Source: Antedon mediterranea
Lineage: Eukaryota > Animalia > Echinodermata
Reading direction: 5' to 3'
Assembly (NCBI RefSeq): GCF_964355755.1
Contig: NC_092671.1
Span: 9,920,001 to 9,984,000, forward strand
DNA length: 64,000 bases
Under the pieces are notes generated by a model. The model made no database searches. It was not told the DNA's origin and saw only the letters and a program-made list of their open reading frames with translations. The translations under genes were made by a program, and so were the position numbers. Shown here in pieces: positions 12,701 to 25,400 of this stretch (its first letter is position 1; each line of letters starts with the position of its first letter).

Positions 12701-13433
12701 AGTAGTAAATGTTCGAACTAGATCCCAGTGTCAAGCTCGGTATACCTGGTTGGTACGCGGTACGATTCGGTTTGTATACATCATACTGTACTAAGTGTTG
12801 ATACTTGGAATACTCATTTCTCCATGGTATAAGAGTTTAGGAGAAAACGAAGAAATTTAAATGCACTTTATTTGACCATTTGACTGTTGGTCGGGTTGCC
12901 CAATAGTACACTTGACAATGAGCGGAAGAACACATTACAATCAGAGAGAATCGAATAAAGAATGTCGGTAAGAATGTACTTAAATTAATAGGATCTTTGC
13001 TTAGACAAAGGGAGTGGATATTATTGATGGAATAGCGACTATTGACCCAAAGTACTTGTAGCTTTAATTAATATCTTCCAAATACGGTGTATGCGGCCCC
13101 GCTAGAAATTTAATCAGATCTCAATAAGCCAATCAAAACGATCCGTTTGCCGTATCAATAGACTCGGCGGTTCTTTATGACTTCACTGTAAAGTAACACC
13201 TCACTTTTTACAACCGAGACGTAAATACTAGGCCAGCATTTTACGAGCTCAAAAGCATGTACTTATGATTCGACCAGGCAGAAGGAAAGCAGTTTTCTCC
13301 CGAGGCTTATGATACAGACTGCATCAAACCTATTTGGAATGTACTATTGATTTGTTGCGTAAAGTTTATTTATATTTTTTACAGGTCGTTTGGTTTTATA
13401 TATTATATGTGTTATATATCGTCATCTACTACT

Positions 13434-16400
13434 ATGCATATAAATACGCAGGAAATCACGTGTGCATTGTTGACGTTTATTATTATACTTTCTTCGGTAA
13501 GTTTAGTTATGTTTTTAAGCAACTTATCTTTCCTTATCATAGTAAACATTTTAACCATTATCCGCCAATTTATTATTTTAAAATAGGCCTATATAATGTA
13601 TGCTTTATGGCTCTATCTGCTGAGGATCCGACATGTAGAATTGTATAATGACTGTGTTACGGTAACTATAATGTTCTGATGTTCAGGACGGGATCGTACA
13701 TTTAAATTGTTCCAAATTTTTTGAAAAATATTCTCACAAAGTCGACAGACGTATGCTTTAATTGACAACTAACGAAAACACCTCACTTTTTGCGTACGTA
13801 GCCCCATTTCATTGTTGACAAATATCTAAAAACAGAAACCGTTAATTTCACGAGATATGAAAAATGTAAGGAGAGAAAAGAAAAACACGAAAATTAGATA
13901 CAGTAGAGAAAATGAAGGATCCGTCCAAAAAAAGTGTTAGAAATCGTTGTTGAAACTTGAATACTCGAAATTTGTAGAGTTGTTTCAAGAGTTCCGTGTA
14001 AAGATATTGATAATAAGGATTAATTCTATGTATAAAAGTACATTTTAAAGGTTGTGAATCATAATATCATAACTGAACTGGGTCATGATAAATAGAACTA
14101 AAAGTACAAGTTTGTGTAATAGTGATTACTTTCGGGGTGTACTTTTTGTAGGCCTAAAGCCCATTTTCTCTACAGTAATTGTTTGAGTCGGTCGCGCTCT
14201 AAATATACCTGTAGCTAGCTACTGTACAATTCAAACAGCTCTTTTAAATTAAATGTTCTCGGTGTATAATATACACACAATCAATCAATAGGTATTCAAT
14301 TTTGCAGGCGATCATCCAATGGGATCCAGTCAAGTCGCCCCATCGCAAAGTCGCCCCATACAAAGTCGCCCAATACAAAGTCGCCCCATCGCAAAGTCGC
14401 CCCAAAACAAAGTCGCCCCGGCACAGTCGCCCCATCTCAAAGTCGCCCCATTACAAAGTCGCCCCATCGCAAATTCGCCCCATCGCAAAGTCGCCCCAAC
14501 GCAAAGTCGCCCCAACGCAAAGTCGCCCCATCGCAAAGTCGCCCACGGTTTTAATCATATCGGTTGCGTTTGATATCGATTGCGTTGTTACTTTGGTCGC
14601 GCTAAATGTCGTATACATTAATGTTTATCCTATTATATACATAATATGTGTTTTAATTTGTATTTTACAGGTTTTAATGGAGTGATGTGCTTTTTAAAAA
14701 TCATTAAAAAAATAGTCCCTTGTTTGAAAGTTTTAAAAAGATTAGGCCTATCCCTGATTTATAGTTTCGAAAATGTTAATTTAATATGATTTTAAAATTA
14801 GTTACCAGAGCCACAATTACAATTTCTTCAACCTACGCGATACCAGCTCATTTTTTAGGATAATATAATAAATGTATAAATGTGTAGAATAAAAACAAAA
14901 ATCAATTATTAATATAGGCCTAATAATAATAATAAATATTCATCGACCAAAGTAAAAATAATCTAGATCGTATAACATCATTTTATCGCGACCGATTTCG
15001 AACGCGACTGATATCATCGTAAAACTCCGGCGGGGTTTCCCCATCTTCAGATGGTGCGTTGTAGAGTGCGACAACGGCAACGGCGGAGTAATTACGGGGG
15101 TTTCCCTCTGGTATAAGCTAGCACGTTCGTGCGACCGCGGAGTGCGACCGAGTGATTAGTCGGGGGCTTCCTCTCTGATGATTGGGGTGCGTGCCGATCG
15201 TGTGACCCGAGACTACACTACTTCCCCTTTTATGCCTACACGTTCCGTGTTATTTTGTGTATCATTGCAACATTTTACGCACTTGTAAACTATTTTTTAA
15301 CGTTTTGGGGCGACTTTGCGATAGGGCGACTTTGTGATGGGGCGACTTTGCGATGGAGCGACTTTGCGTTAGGGCGACTTTGCGATGGGGCGACTTTGCG
15401 ATAGGGCGACTGTGTCGGGGCGACTTTGTTTTGGGGCGACTTTGCGATGGGGCGACTGTGTAAGGGGCGACTTTGTATGGGGCGACTTTGCGATGGGGCG
15501 ACTTGACTAGCATTCAGAGTATCCATATCTGGCCTTGTTTGCAACTCTATTGTCTGTGATACTGATCCCTTTTGCCTTTATTGTTTGCCGCTGTTTTCTT
15601 TTCTGACTTTACTTCTTTTGTTGTGTATTCTAGCATGCCAATTGTAGAGATTACAGCACAGGTAAACGGTTCGTGTAAACAATACCAATGCTAGATTTCA
15701 TCTTTGTGTTCGTTTTTTTTATTGCTCTGCAGAGCTAACTTGCCGACGATCAACAAATCGCTGTTTTAATCTAGGACCTGATCTAAAACTAATAGATTTT
15801 TACTTTTAGAGATAAACCTAGGCCTATATTAAAATGTATATACGTAGCCTGTATTAAATGAGCATTAACTGCTAGAGGATGATTGGTAACAAAGACCAGA
15901 CGAATTATGAGAATATCAAAACAATATTTGAAAAACAAGAGGGTCCACTAACTCAGGAATGAATATAAAAAAAAAATAATGGCATGCCAAATAAAGTGCG
16001 AAAGAATCATTTTTTGACTTACTATGACTTCTCGGAGTTTTTAAATTATATTTTTTTTTTTAAATTCAAAAAATTTTGAGATTTATTTATCCATGGAGGA
16101 AATTTATTTATTCCTCCATGATTTATCTCAATGATGGATAACATTTCCGACAACTTTTTGGATTAAATACATTGATTATTCTTTTAGTTTAATTTCGCTA
16201 GTATAGTACTATATAAGATAATGTTAAGTCTAATCTTATACCAGGTTTATTGGTTTTCAATCGTAACGGCTTAGTTTCTGCTATTGGCATTTCCTCTCGA
16301 CGTATTGCACACGTAAGTCCTTTGATCTTGCCGACATACTGATTAATAACCACCAGCATGCGTTGATCGTAAAAAAAGCCGCTTTGATGTACCGGTTTCT

Positions 16401-19400
16401 TGAGCCATAATTATTTGTAATTGCGCGATGGTTAATTATCATACAAGCCCAGCATTAATTTTGATCGATTTTGCATGACAAATTTTGATTTAATTTTCGA
16501 TATAAGTTCATTATAAAATGATTTTCGATATTGTTTTGTATAAATACAAAAACGCGTTTCACGAGTTTGAGACGCTTAGGAGGCCAAGGGGTAATGGATG
16601 TTCTCCCCAAGTCCAAAAGATATTGGGAAAGATTTTACGTTTCAAATCATCTACCACGTGGATTCGCCTCTAAACAAAAAACTACGGTGGTACGCTGGTC
16701 AGGTCACCCCTGAAATTACACTACATCAGCCAGTGAGCTTTTCTATTCCATAATAAAGGGTATTGCTAAACACCGCAAACCTCCCAAAAAATCAGAGAAA
16801 ACCCGATCCAACCAACATAAAATATGATAATAAATAGCTGTCTCTTAGTTCGTCATAAAAAAGTTACTCTTTTAAGTTACTCTTTATGTGTGTAACTTTC
16901 CGTCTACACAATCAAATACAGTTTAAAACCAATAGCAACCTTCCCCAACAATTATGACCGGTGGTAGATAATAATATAAAGTTAAAACTGTGTTTTTGCA
17001 TGACTAGAAGACACCTGACAAACAAATTAATAACTCAAAGAATATTTGTTATTTGTCAGGTTTTAGGGTCGCCAATATGTCCAAGTGATCGGTGGCTTTT
17101 GAATGGTGAATGCTGCGAGGACTGTGCAGCAGGGTTTGGCGTTGTTTCACCGTGTGGACAAGAAAATAACACAATTTGCGAAGCATGTATACCCGGCACA
17201 ACATTCTCGCCATCATCAAGTGGAGGCGACGTTTGCAATATGTGCAGCAAATGCCCAACTAATGAACTAGTCAAACAACCGTGTAATATCACACACGATA
17301 CAATCTGTGAATGTAAAAAAGATTTCTATAGAAATAAAGACGATTTCTCGTGCAGGCAGTGTGATCTCTGTTTGAAGGGGTATGGTGCGCAAACACCATG
17401 TTCTGCAGACCACAATTCTGTATGCGTTAAATGTGGTAATTCAACATTTTCTGATGAGTATAGCAATGTCAAAGGATGTCAAGACTGCAGCATATGCCCA
17501 GTAGGTTCGAAAAAGATCAGCAACTGTACCTGGCTACAAGATACAGTTTGTCAAGGTAAGTTGATTTTTAAAAATATTTTTTTTCATTTTCTTATAATTT
17601 GAACAACATTCAATTCATTCTTTTTATAAATAAAAAATTATCTCTTTTCAATTAGTCATACCATAGAGATATTATATTGAACTATAATATATCTATGGTC
17701 ATACAGGTTTGATAAAGCCTACAGGTATTCCTGGGATATTTGATATCTACCATTGAATTTTCAGATTTTCTGTTTTCTTATAAATCCTTGATGAATTTTT
17801 CAAGCCTTGGGACAGGTTACATTCACACATGTCACGCTTCATTGAACATAAGATTGCTGTTCTATTCTATTTCCCCAAACGTGCTGTCTTGCGAATGTAG
17901 CTTAAATCCGGTCGCTATGGTTTGGCCATTTTCAGCAGTCAGAGTGTAAAAAAGTACAGTGCTACAGTAGTACTTTTAATGGAAGTTGAATTGATACAAA
18001 CAACCATAACTTCAACACTTTACAGTACACAATCATTAACAGACATCAAGTTATCAATACAAATTCATGTATAAAATGTCCACATTTGTGGGTGTGATCA
18101 TCAACATAATAATTAATGTCGGTATTTTGTATCAAATACCGCCAGGATGTCAGCTGTTATGCTCATAAAATATTGTGATATATTTATGTTGAAAAGAAAA
18201 TACAGAAATTCTTTCAACCAGAACACATAAGTGCATGGTTACCTACATTCAGATTAGACTACATTGGCGTACTGTAAAGTGTACTGTACTACGTACCAAA
18301 CTTGTTTTTTCAAAATACAGTCGTACTTTCAAACTAATATACTGTATTTTAACTTCTTTGTAACGGGTCCTCTTTTAGTAATACAATTCTTCAATACCTG
18401 CATCTCCACAGCAGTAGGCCTGTAAACAAAAATACAATAAAATTTATTAATTTGTTCTTTCAAAATACAGTATAGTAGTAGACCAGTACAGTCAACAATA
18501 AAAACTAATATTTTAACTTCTTTATATTGGAGTCCTCTTTTAGTAATCACAATTCTTCAATACCTGCATCTCTACAGCAGTAGGCCTTTAAACAAAAACT
18601 ACAATAACATTTTAAAAATGTGTTCTTTCAAAATACAGTTATTAGACCTACAATACAGTACAGTCAACACTACAAACTAATATTTAATCTTCTTTGTATA
18701 ACAGGTCCTCTTTTAGTAACACAATTCTTCAACACCTACATCTCTACAGCAGGCCTGTAATGCATACAGTAGAAAAAAAGTAAAATAAAATTAGAAAATT
18801 ACTCACATCTTAACATTATTCTTAACAAATATTTTCATGTTTAATTCTTCTAATAACTTAAAATATCATTTATAATTCTTATTTATTAATTTGTGTATAC
18901 ACAACATCTGAAATTATTTTCATAAATATCAATATTTGATAGCAAGTCGTAAACTCAAGTGTTAAATAGATTATAAACTAAATTATTCAAACAAGGCTAC
19001 GAGTGTATTCGTAGTAAAAACCAGTTTTTAGTAGGCAACTGTCGTCATTGTGTGGAGCATTAGGTCAAGAGGTCAACATTTGGTAAAGCTGGAGTTTTCG
19101 AGCTTTCTTTACTGCTACATAATTCAATTATTTTTAAATTGTGACAGTAATGTAACTAGACATAAAAACTTGGAACATTATTAAGTACAGCAGTTTCTAG
19201 ATTTTAGTTGCATAAAAAAACCCAAAATCATAGCCATTCTCCTCTACTTTGCTATTGCACTAAATCTGCCATGGAATATTTTTATTACAATTTGTTTCAA
19301 TAAAATTAAAATAACTGAAACATATTATAAGTTTATTGTTTTAAACAGAGTTTAAATCATATTTAATATGCTTTAACAAAAAAAACAACTTAAAGTGACT

Positions 19401-22400
19401 GTATAGCAGAACAATAGAGATACTGTAGAACCTTTTCAGGGGGACATCCCTATAAGGAGACATTTTGCTGTGAAATGAATAAGGACAATAATGTTATGTT
19501 TTAAAGGTGTAGAGTACACAATACAGGGGACACCTGAGGCACGTTGTTGAGCCCCAAAGGTGTAGAGTACACAATACAGGGGACACCTGAGGCATGTTGT
19601 TGAGCCCCAAAGGTGTCCCCCTAGGGGTTCATAGTTCGTAAAATGTTCAGAAATTACAAATTTGCTTGCTTGTTAATTCAGAAACAAATGGCTGAAGAAC
19701 TGAAGTTAAGAATGATGTAGCAAAATTGCATTTACATTGGTGTTTTTGTTACAGAGCTTAGGATGACTATTTAGTTGTTTGTTGTTGGTACTCTACTACT
19801 ACCTGTATAGTATTACAGGTACAGTATATGGATAAATTAACTTACATAAAGGTGTAAGGAAGAAAGAAAACAAACGTCTTATCAAAAACATTAATCTGAA
19901 ATTCATTAATCAATCTCATATGAAAAAGGAAATTCATAGTTTAAAATAATAATACAATACTGAATTATAATGTTATCCCATTGTACTATTTTTCAGGAGG
20001 TCGATAGCTTAAAGCATTCCATGGTCTAATTTTAACAAGATCATATCGAAATAGTTGTTTAACAATTGCTTTTTATTGTTTGCAGTGTGAATATATAGCA
20101 CGTTACAGATTAGTGTTATAATTCACATATAAATTAGTTAGTTGTTGTACAGTTAGTTAATTTAACTCCTTTGTTAAAGTTTTAGTTGCAAGGAACACAC
20201 CGACAAAAGAACATTGTGGCTATTGTGTATTGTGAACTTTTCGGCAAGTTGCAATGAGAATTAAAAAAAATAAATTGGATTGTACAAGAGCTTGATTAGA
20301 TCTAAAATAAGAATTAAATGTTTTTTGTTAAAAAGTAAAATGATCAATATCTTAGAAATTAACACAAAAGCTGGATTGAAGATTGTACTCTGATGATTGA
20401 ACATGTCTCATGTAAATAAAACATAATGTTTATATAATATAAATATATATAATAATATACCGGTAGTCTTTTATATATTTATCATCAGTACTTACACTGG
20501 TTTACAGATTTTTTTTTTCCATTTGTGCTGGGTTTGCGCTAGTATTATTAGTTAAAAACTTCTTTTACAATTTGTTCAAGGAATTTACTGTTTCATTAAT
20601 ATACTTTGAATTGAGAAATAAATAAACTGTAGATTGCCAAATACAAGGTATAATTAATAATTAAATATAGATAACTATATATACAGTAGTAATACAATAC
20701 AAGTACAATATAAGTAATAGTAATATTTGTACTATTTATTTACATATAGAAACATGTTTGCACTTTATAAACCTTCCTAAAATATCTTAGCATAAACACT
20801 TTATAAAATTTCCACAACATTAGATGTGTACTTAATCAATTTACTCAGTGAGTAGAATCCATGGGAAGCTAGGCCTTAGATCAAGTGTGACTCATCACAA
20901 ATAATTGAATATGTCAGCGAATGATTCGTTCCACGGCTTGAAACAGGGCGAGCAAATCGGCAACAGTATCGTCTGCCAATTGCACCCAAAGTCAACCGGT
21001 CTGTTGATATAATATGGCACCTGTTTAGAAAATATGGTGGTAATTTTGTAAAATTGAAATACGTGGAGGTAGATGCGTATCTATTAAATATGTAATGGTA
21101 GTAGGGTTAGATACCTCAAAGAACTGGTGCTGAGAACTCGGTTGGATTGTTGTAAAAGCGCTGAAAAAAGCAGGCTTTGGAATTCACAAAAATCAACTCA
21201 AAGGTTCATGGTTCATTATTACGAAAATATTTAAATTCAAATTCACAATCTTTAGATTAAACCTTGAGATATAGCTTGGGTATAAAAGATATTTAAAGAA
21301 AGTATACGTATGATGGTTTGGCAAATTTTTTTTATGGACCTCATTGAAAATAAGTTAGACTCTGTGACTTAATTGTTTTATAAATGGAAAAATTTTGTAT
21401 TAATACGGTAATTTTATTATTTTATACTTTTTTACTATGGAATATCGAAGAATGTCAATTTCTAATTTATCAAGTTTAGCAATCACTTAAAAATAAGTAA
21501 CTTTACTTACTGCTTTGCTGTTTATTATACTCACTAAATTCATTCCAAATCCAATTATTTTAATTGGGGTTATAAATCGGGGTATCATCAGCAAACAATA
21601 ATTTATGTACCTGAAAAGAAAATAATGAAATTAATTTTCTTTTTTTGCCTGTGTACATGTTATCTGATTAATGTTTGATTAGATTATTTGTCCTATTAGT
21701 ACATTCTCTGTTCAATTTCTACCAGTAATTATATCAAATAGTTGTATTAACTATCCCTCGCCGAAAGAAGTTTTGCCTATCCATCCAATTAATGAATTCA
21801 TTTGCGTATGAGAATCCAGTCTATTCATGGTTCGTTGCTGTAATTTATTGAACTAATGTGACAAAATTACCAATTATCCATAGCTGGTGTATGGAATTTG
21901 AACGCAAGAATTTGATACAGATAGATGCCGCTTATAAATAACCAACGCCTACTTTCTCACTTTTCAAATTTCTAATTTATTTGCATCAAATATTTTTGTT
22001 ATAATCAGGAACAATCTCTCAAGAAAGTTTGGATTTCTGAGCTTCCTTAAATCCCTGTACTAATGTATGATGTCTGTTTTTCAACTTTTAATGTAAGTTT
22101 CTTCTGCAGTGCAGTCTCAATAAGGATATAGAGAAGTTTACAATCAGTGTTTGAGAAATTAGTACTGTACTGTAGGCCTACCTACACAAGCTATTTAAAA
22201 TACCCTTTTAGTTACACTGTTTGATTATGCAGAACCAGTTCTTTGGGACACCCTATTCAGGGAACACTTTCTTGCGTCCCTAGGTGTCCTATTGAGGTTC
22301 TACTGTATTTTTGTCTTAATAGTTCAAAAGTAAAACTAATCTAATAGCTAATATTATATTTTTAGGTAATTCTTAGTTATCTCCTTTTCCCCCCACCTTC

Positions 22401-25400
22401 CCACTTTCTTGGTATTATACTTTAATGGTTGTTGCGATTGTATGTACGTGGTTTAAGGCAACTACTACTACTACTACTGTTTCATCTGAACTCTTAGTAG
22501 CCTCTGTTGTTTTTATGTCACATATTAATTGCCGTTCCCAGCTGTTACTTGTAATATTTTATCTAGCATTTCAAATATCTCGAGAGAGATCACTTCACCT
22601 TCCTCGATCCCCGGTGCTAAGCCAGACTACCGTGATGAGTCAGAGACGAAGCTTGATGCCGTATCGCGATGATAACACCCTTCGCTTGCACCAGTTCGGT
22701 AGTTTAAAAGTGTGATGCGTGACCTAGGCCAAACAATTCACATTACACAGTTGACTGAAGTGTACTAACTATAACACTCACTGAACCAAACATTTTAAAC
22801 CACAAATGGCCTGTTATTGGTTTTCAATTGATTTTAACAGTGCTGTACCCAAACTATTATTCATTACCAACAATAACATTCAACAAAAGGCTGTTTTAAA
22901 CCTGTATTAAATTCTTTTTAGATTTCAGTTTACTTAAATTAGTTCACCGTTAGGCCTACAGATTTTACTGTACTCTATCCATTTCTTCATTAGTTATGTT
23001 TCATATACCATACATACAAGTACATTATACATTATACAGTACATACACATGAACGAATGACATAATTTTGTATGGATTAAAAGCACATATTGAATTTAAT
23101 TTTATTAAAATACTTTTTTGTTATTGAAATTTTTTAAATATTTGTTTAAGAAATGGTATTGTATCAAAGTACATATCACCCAATAATGTCATTACAGTTG
23201 GTAGACTGGTAACTTTTAGTAGAAAATAAAAATATGATGAATAACGGTTATGATCAATAATACTCATTAAAATGCATTCAAATAATATTAAATTTGCATA
23301 TCTGCTTTGTTACTGACTGACAAAACAAAGTATGTTTCAGGTAAAAAAAAAACCAACAAACTAATTTATTTTTGATAATATGTTTGTAATATTATTATAC
23401 ACTGAAATTACACATGTTAACATTTTGTAAAGTAGTGAGATATAAAACATATTAAAGAATAATAATATTTAGATTATAACTAGTAAACCTACAGGCTACT
23501 GCCTCAGGGCATAATCAGTCAAAAACTACAGTTAAATATCATTCAAAATATGACAATTGGAAATATATAGAGCAATTATTCAAAAATATGCATACACTGA
23601 TAAATGACAAAGGCAATATTTTACAGTCTTATGATTAGTCTTACAATTAACAATGACAAATGAATGATAATATTGACAACATTAACAAGGGTTCATTGTT
23701 TGAGTAGAATGATGACCTTATACCATATACATTAACACATTATTTTACAATTCAAATAAAATTAATTTATTCTATTTTTCTGAATTAATTCATTGTTAGG
23801 TCAAAGCAATAAATGTAAGGTCATGATGTAATTGAACTTGGCTGTAACACTACCATTTCACCCAGGGTTAAAGTAATTAAATGGTCAGCCAGTGTAGGTG
23901 TTCATATCAAAACCCCAGTGGGTCGTATAAGTTGTCTACTGCTTGTGTTTGTAGTACTTATGTTGCAATTGTTACAACATAATTTTGTGTGGTATTTTAT
24001 AGTTTGTTTGCGGTATTCTTGTTTGCTATACAAATATAAAAATGTAGCATAAACTGTTTCTATGAAAAGGCACGCAAATGTTGTATGTGACATTTCTTAC
24101 AACTGTTTTGTACATGCATTTCATTAACATATACTAATTACTATATAGAAGGATAATACACATGTTTATATTGCTTTACCAGGTCTATTAATTGTAGTAC
24201 TGTATATAGTAAGATTAGAATGCCAATTTTCCAAAAACTGAACAATATTCACCACATCTCAAACCTTTCAACCCACAAAAGCCAGTTTTTCTGAAAAGTG
24301 GTTTTAAATATAAATTGTACAGATTTAGGATGGGTTATGGAATGTTTCTTTTTTCTTTTTGTATAAATATTGAAAAACATTTTTTTAGAGGATTTTAAGG
24401 AAGTTACAGTTTTTAGGATATTTTCTATTTGACTGTAGTTGCTTTGTAGTATTTTACAATAGCCAAAAAAAGCATCATAGGTAGAAATAATGGTGAGTGT
24501 TCTAAAAGGAACAGCCATCAACACATTAATTTTCTTTGGTTCATTCTGATCATGTTTTAAGACGTACATAACATTTTCATGTTCTCATTAAGTGACTATT
24601 GCTGCATGTTGTCGCCTCCAATGCCGGCTTTGTTTAGAAATGTTTATAATAATTTTGTGTTAAAAGGTTTCTTTGCGTACAGCACAATATAATTATTACA
24701 GTAATATAGATCTTATTATAAACGTTGGATACTCAATATTGTTGAATGTTTATAGGTTTATAGTTAGTATAAATTACTAGGATACAGACGGTCTTGCTGT
24801 TAGTTTGCTAGTTGGTTAGTTGATTCTAACTGCCATTTCCAGGCAAATAAACTCTTCCTTACCTGTTCAAAAGAACAGAAATGAGTACATTTTGGTAAAT
24901 AAGCCTACTTTTATTAGCCTATAGCTCATGAGAATGTTTTGCCAATCCTATGTACATACATAGGTAAGTGCCCCTTTTGTGGTTTTTTTTTCCTGTCAGT
25001 GCTACGGAAGTATTGTATTGATGTGACTTTGTTGTAAAGCTCTCAGACACATGTTCATTCAACCTAAATTTGAAAATAAAATCAATTTGGAATTTGGCCC
25101 AATTTTCCTGCTCAGATGAGCAATCTCACAAATGAAAGAAACGTCCTTGGCAAAAACGCAGATTAATTGATTGCAAAGGATGAAAACATTTTTTTGCAAT
25201 TATACAACTTCTGATGCCTGAAAAACTAAATGATGTTGTAGCTAAAACATACCCTAAAGAAACGAGTGGCGACAAGGATAAGAAAGCCAGAAGCAAGCCT
25301 AAAAAACACATGAGTGGCTATGCATAGAATATTGATAATCATTTCAAAGTCTTCACTCATATAAACACTTCAGGATGCTGTGGTATCTCTTCCATCGATC

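Noticed and set aside
14244-15544. Overlapping repetitive ORFs (KSPHRKVAP, GRLCDGAT) and a CRISPR-like look
   Set aside because: Translations of the 16-17-bp arrays of a foldback element; spacers are 4-6 nt and recurrent; eukaryotic context with no cas genes.
22425-22715. Thr-rich ORF as a possible p75 stalk exon
   Set aside because: The Thr run is a (CTA)n microsatellite, splice sites and phase do not fit, and the 3' part is the hammerhead-like relic.
24249-25330. Minus-strand ORFs of 106 and 61 aa and an HMG-like KPKKHMSGY peptide on the plus strand
   Set aside because: No recognisable domain and no consistent exon chain; kept only as possible exons of the putative antisense transcript.
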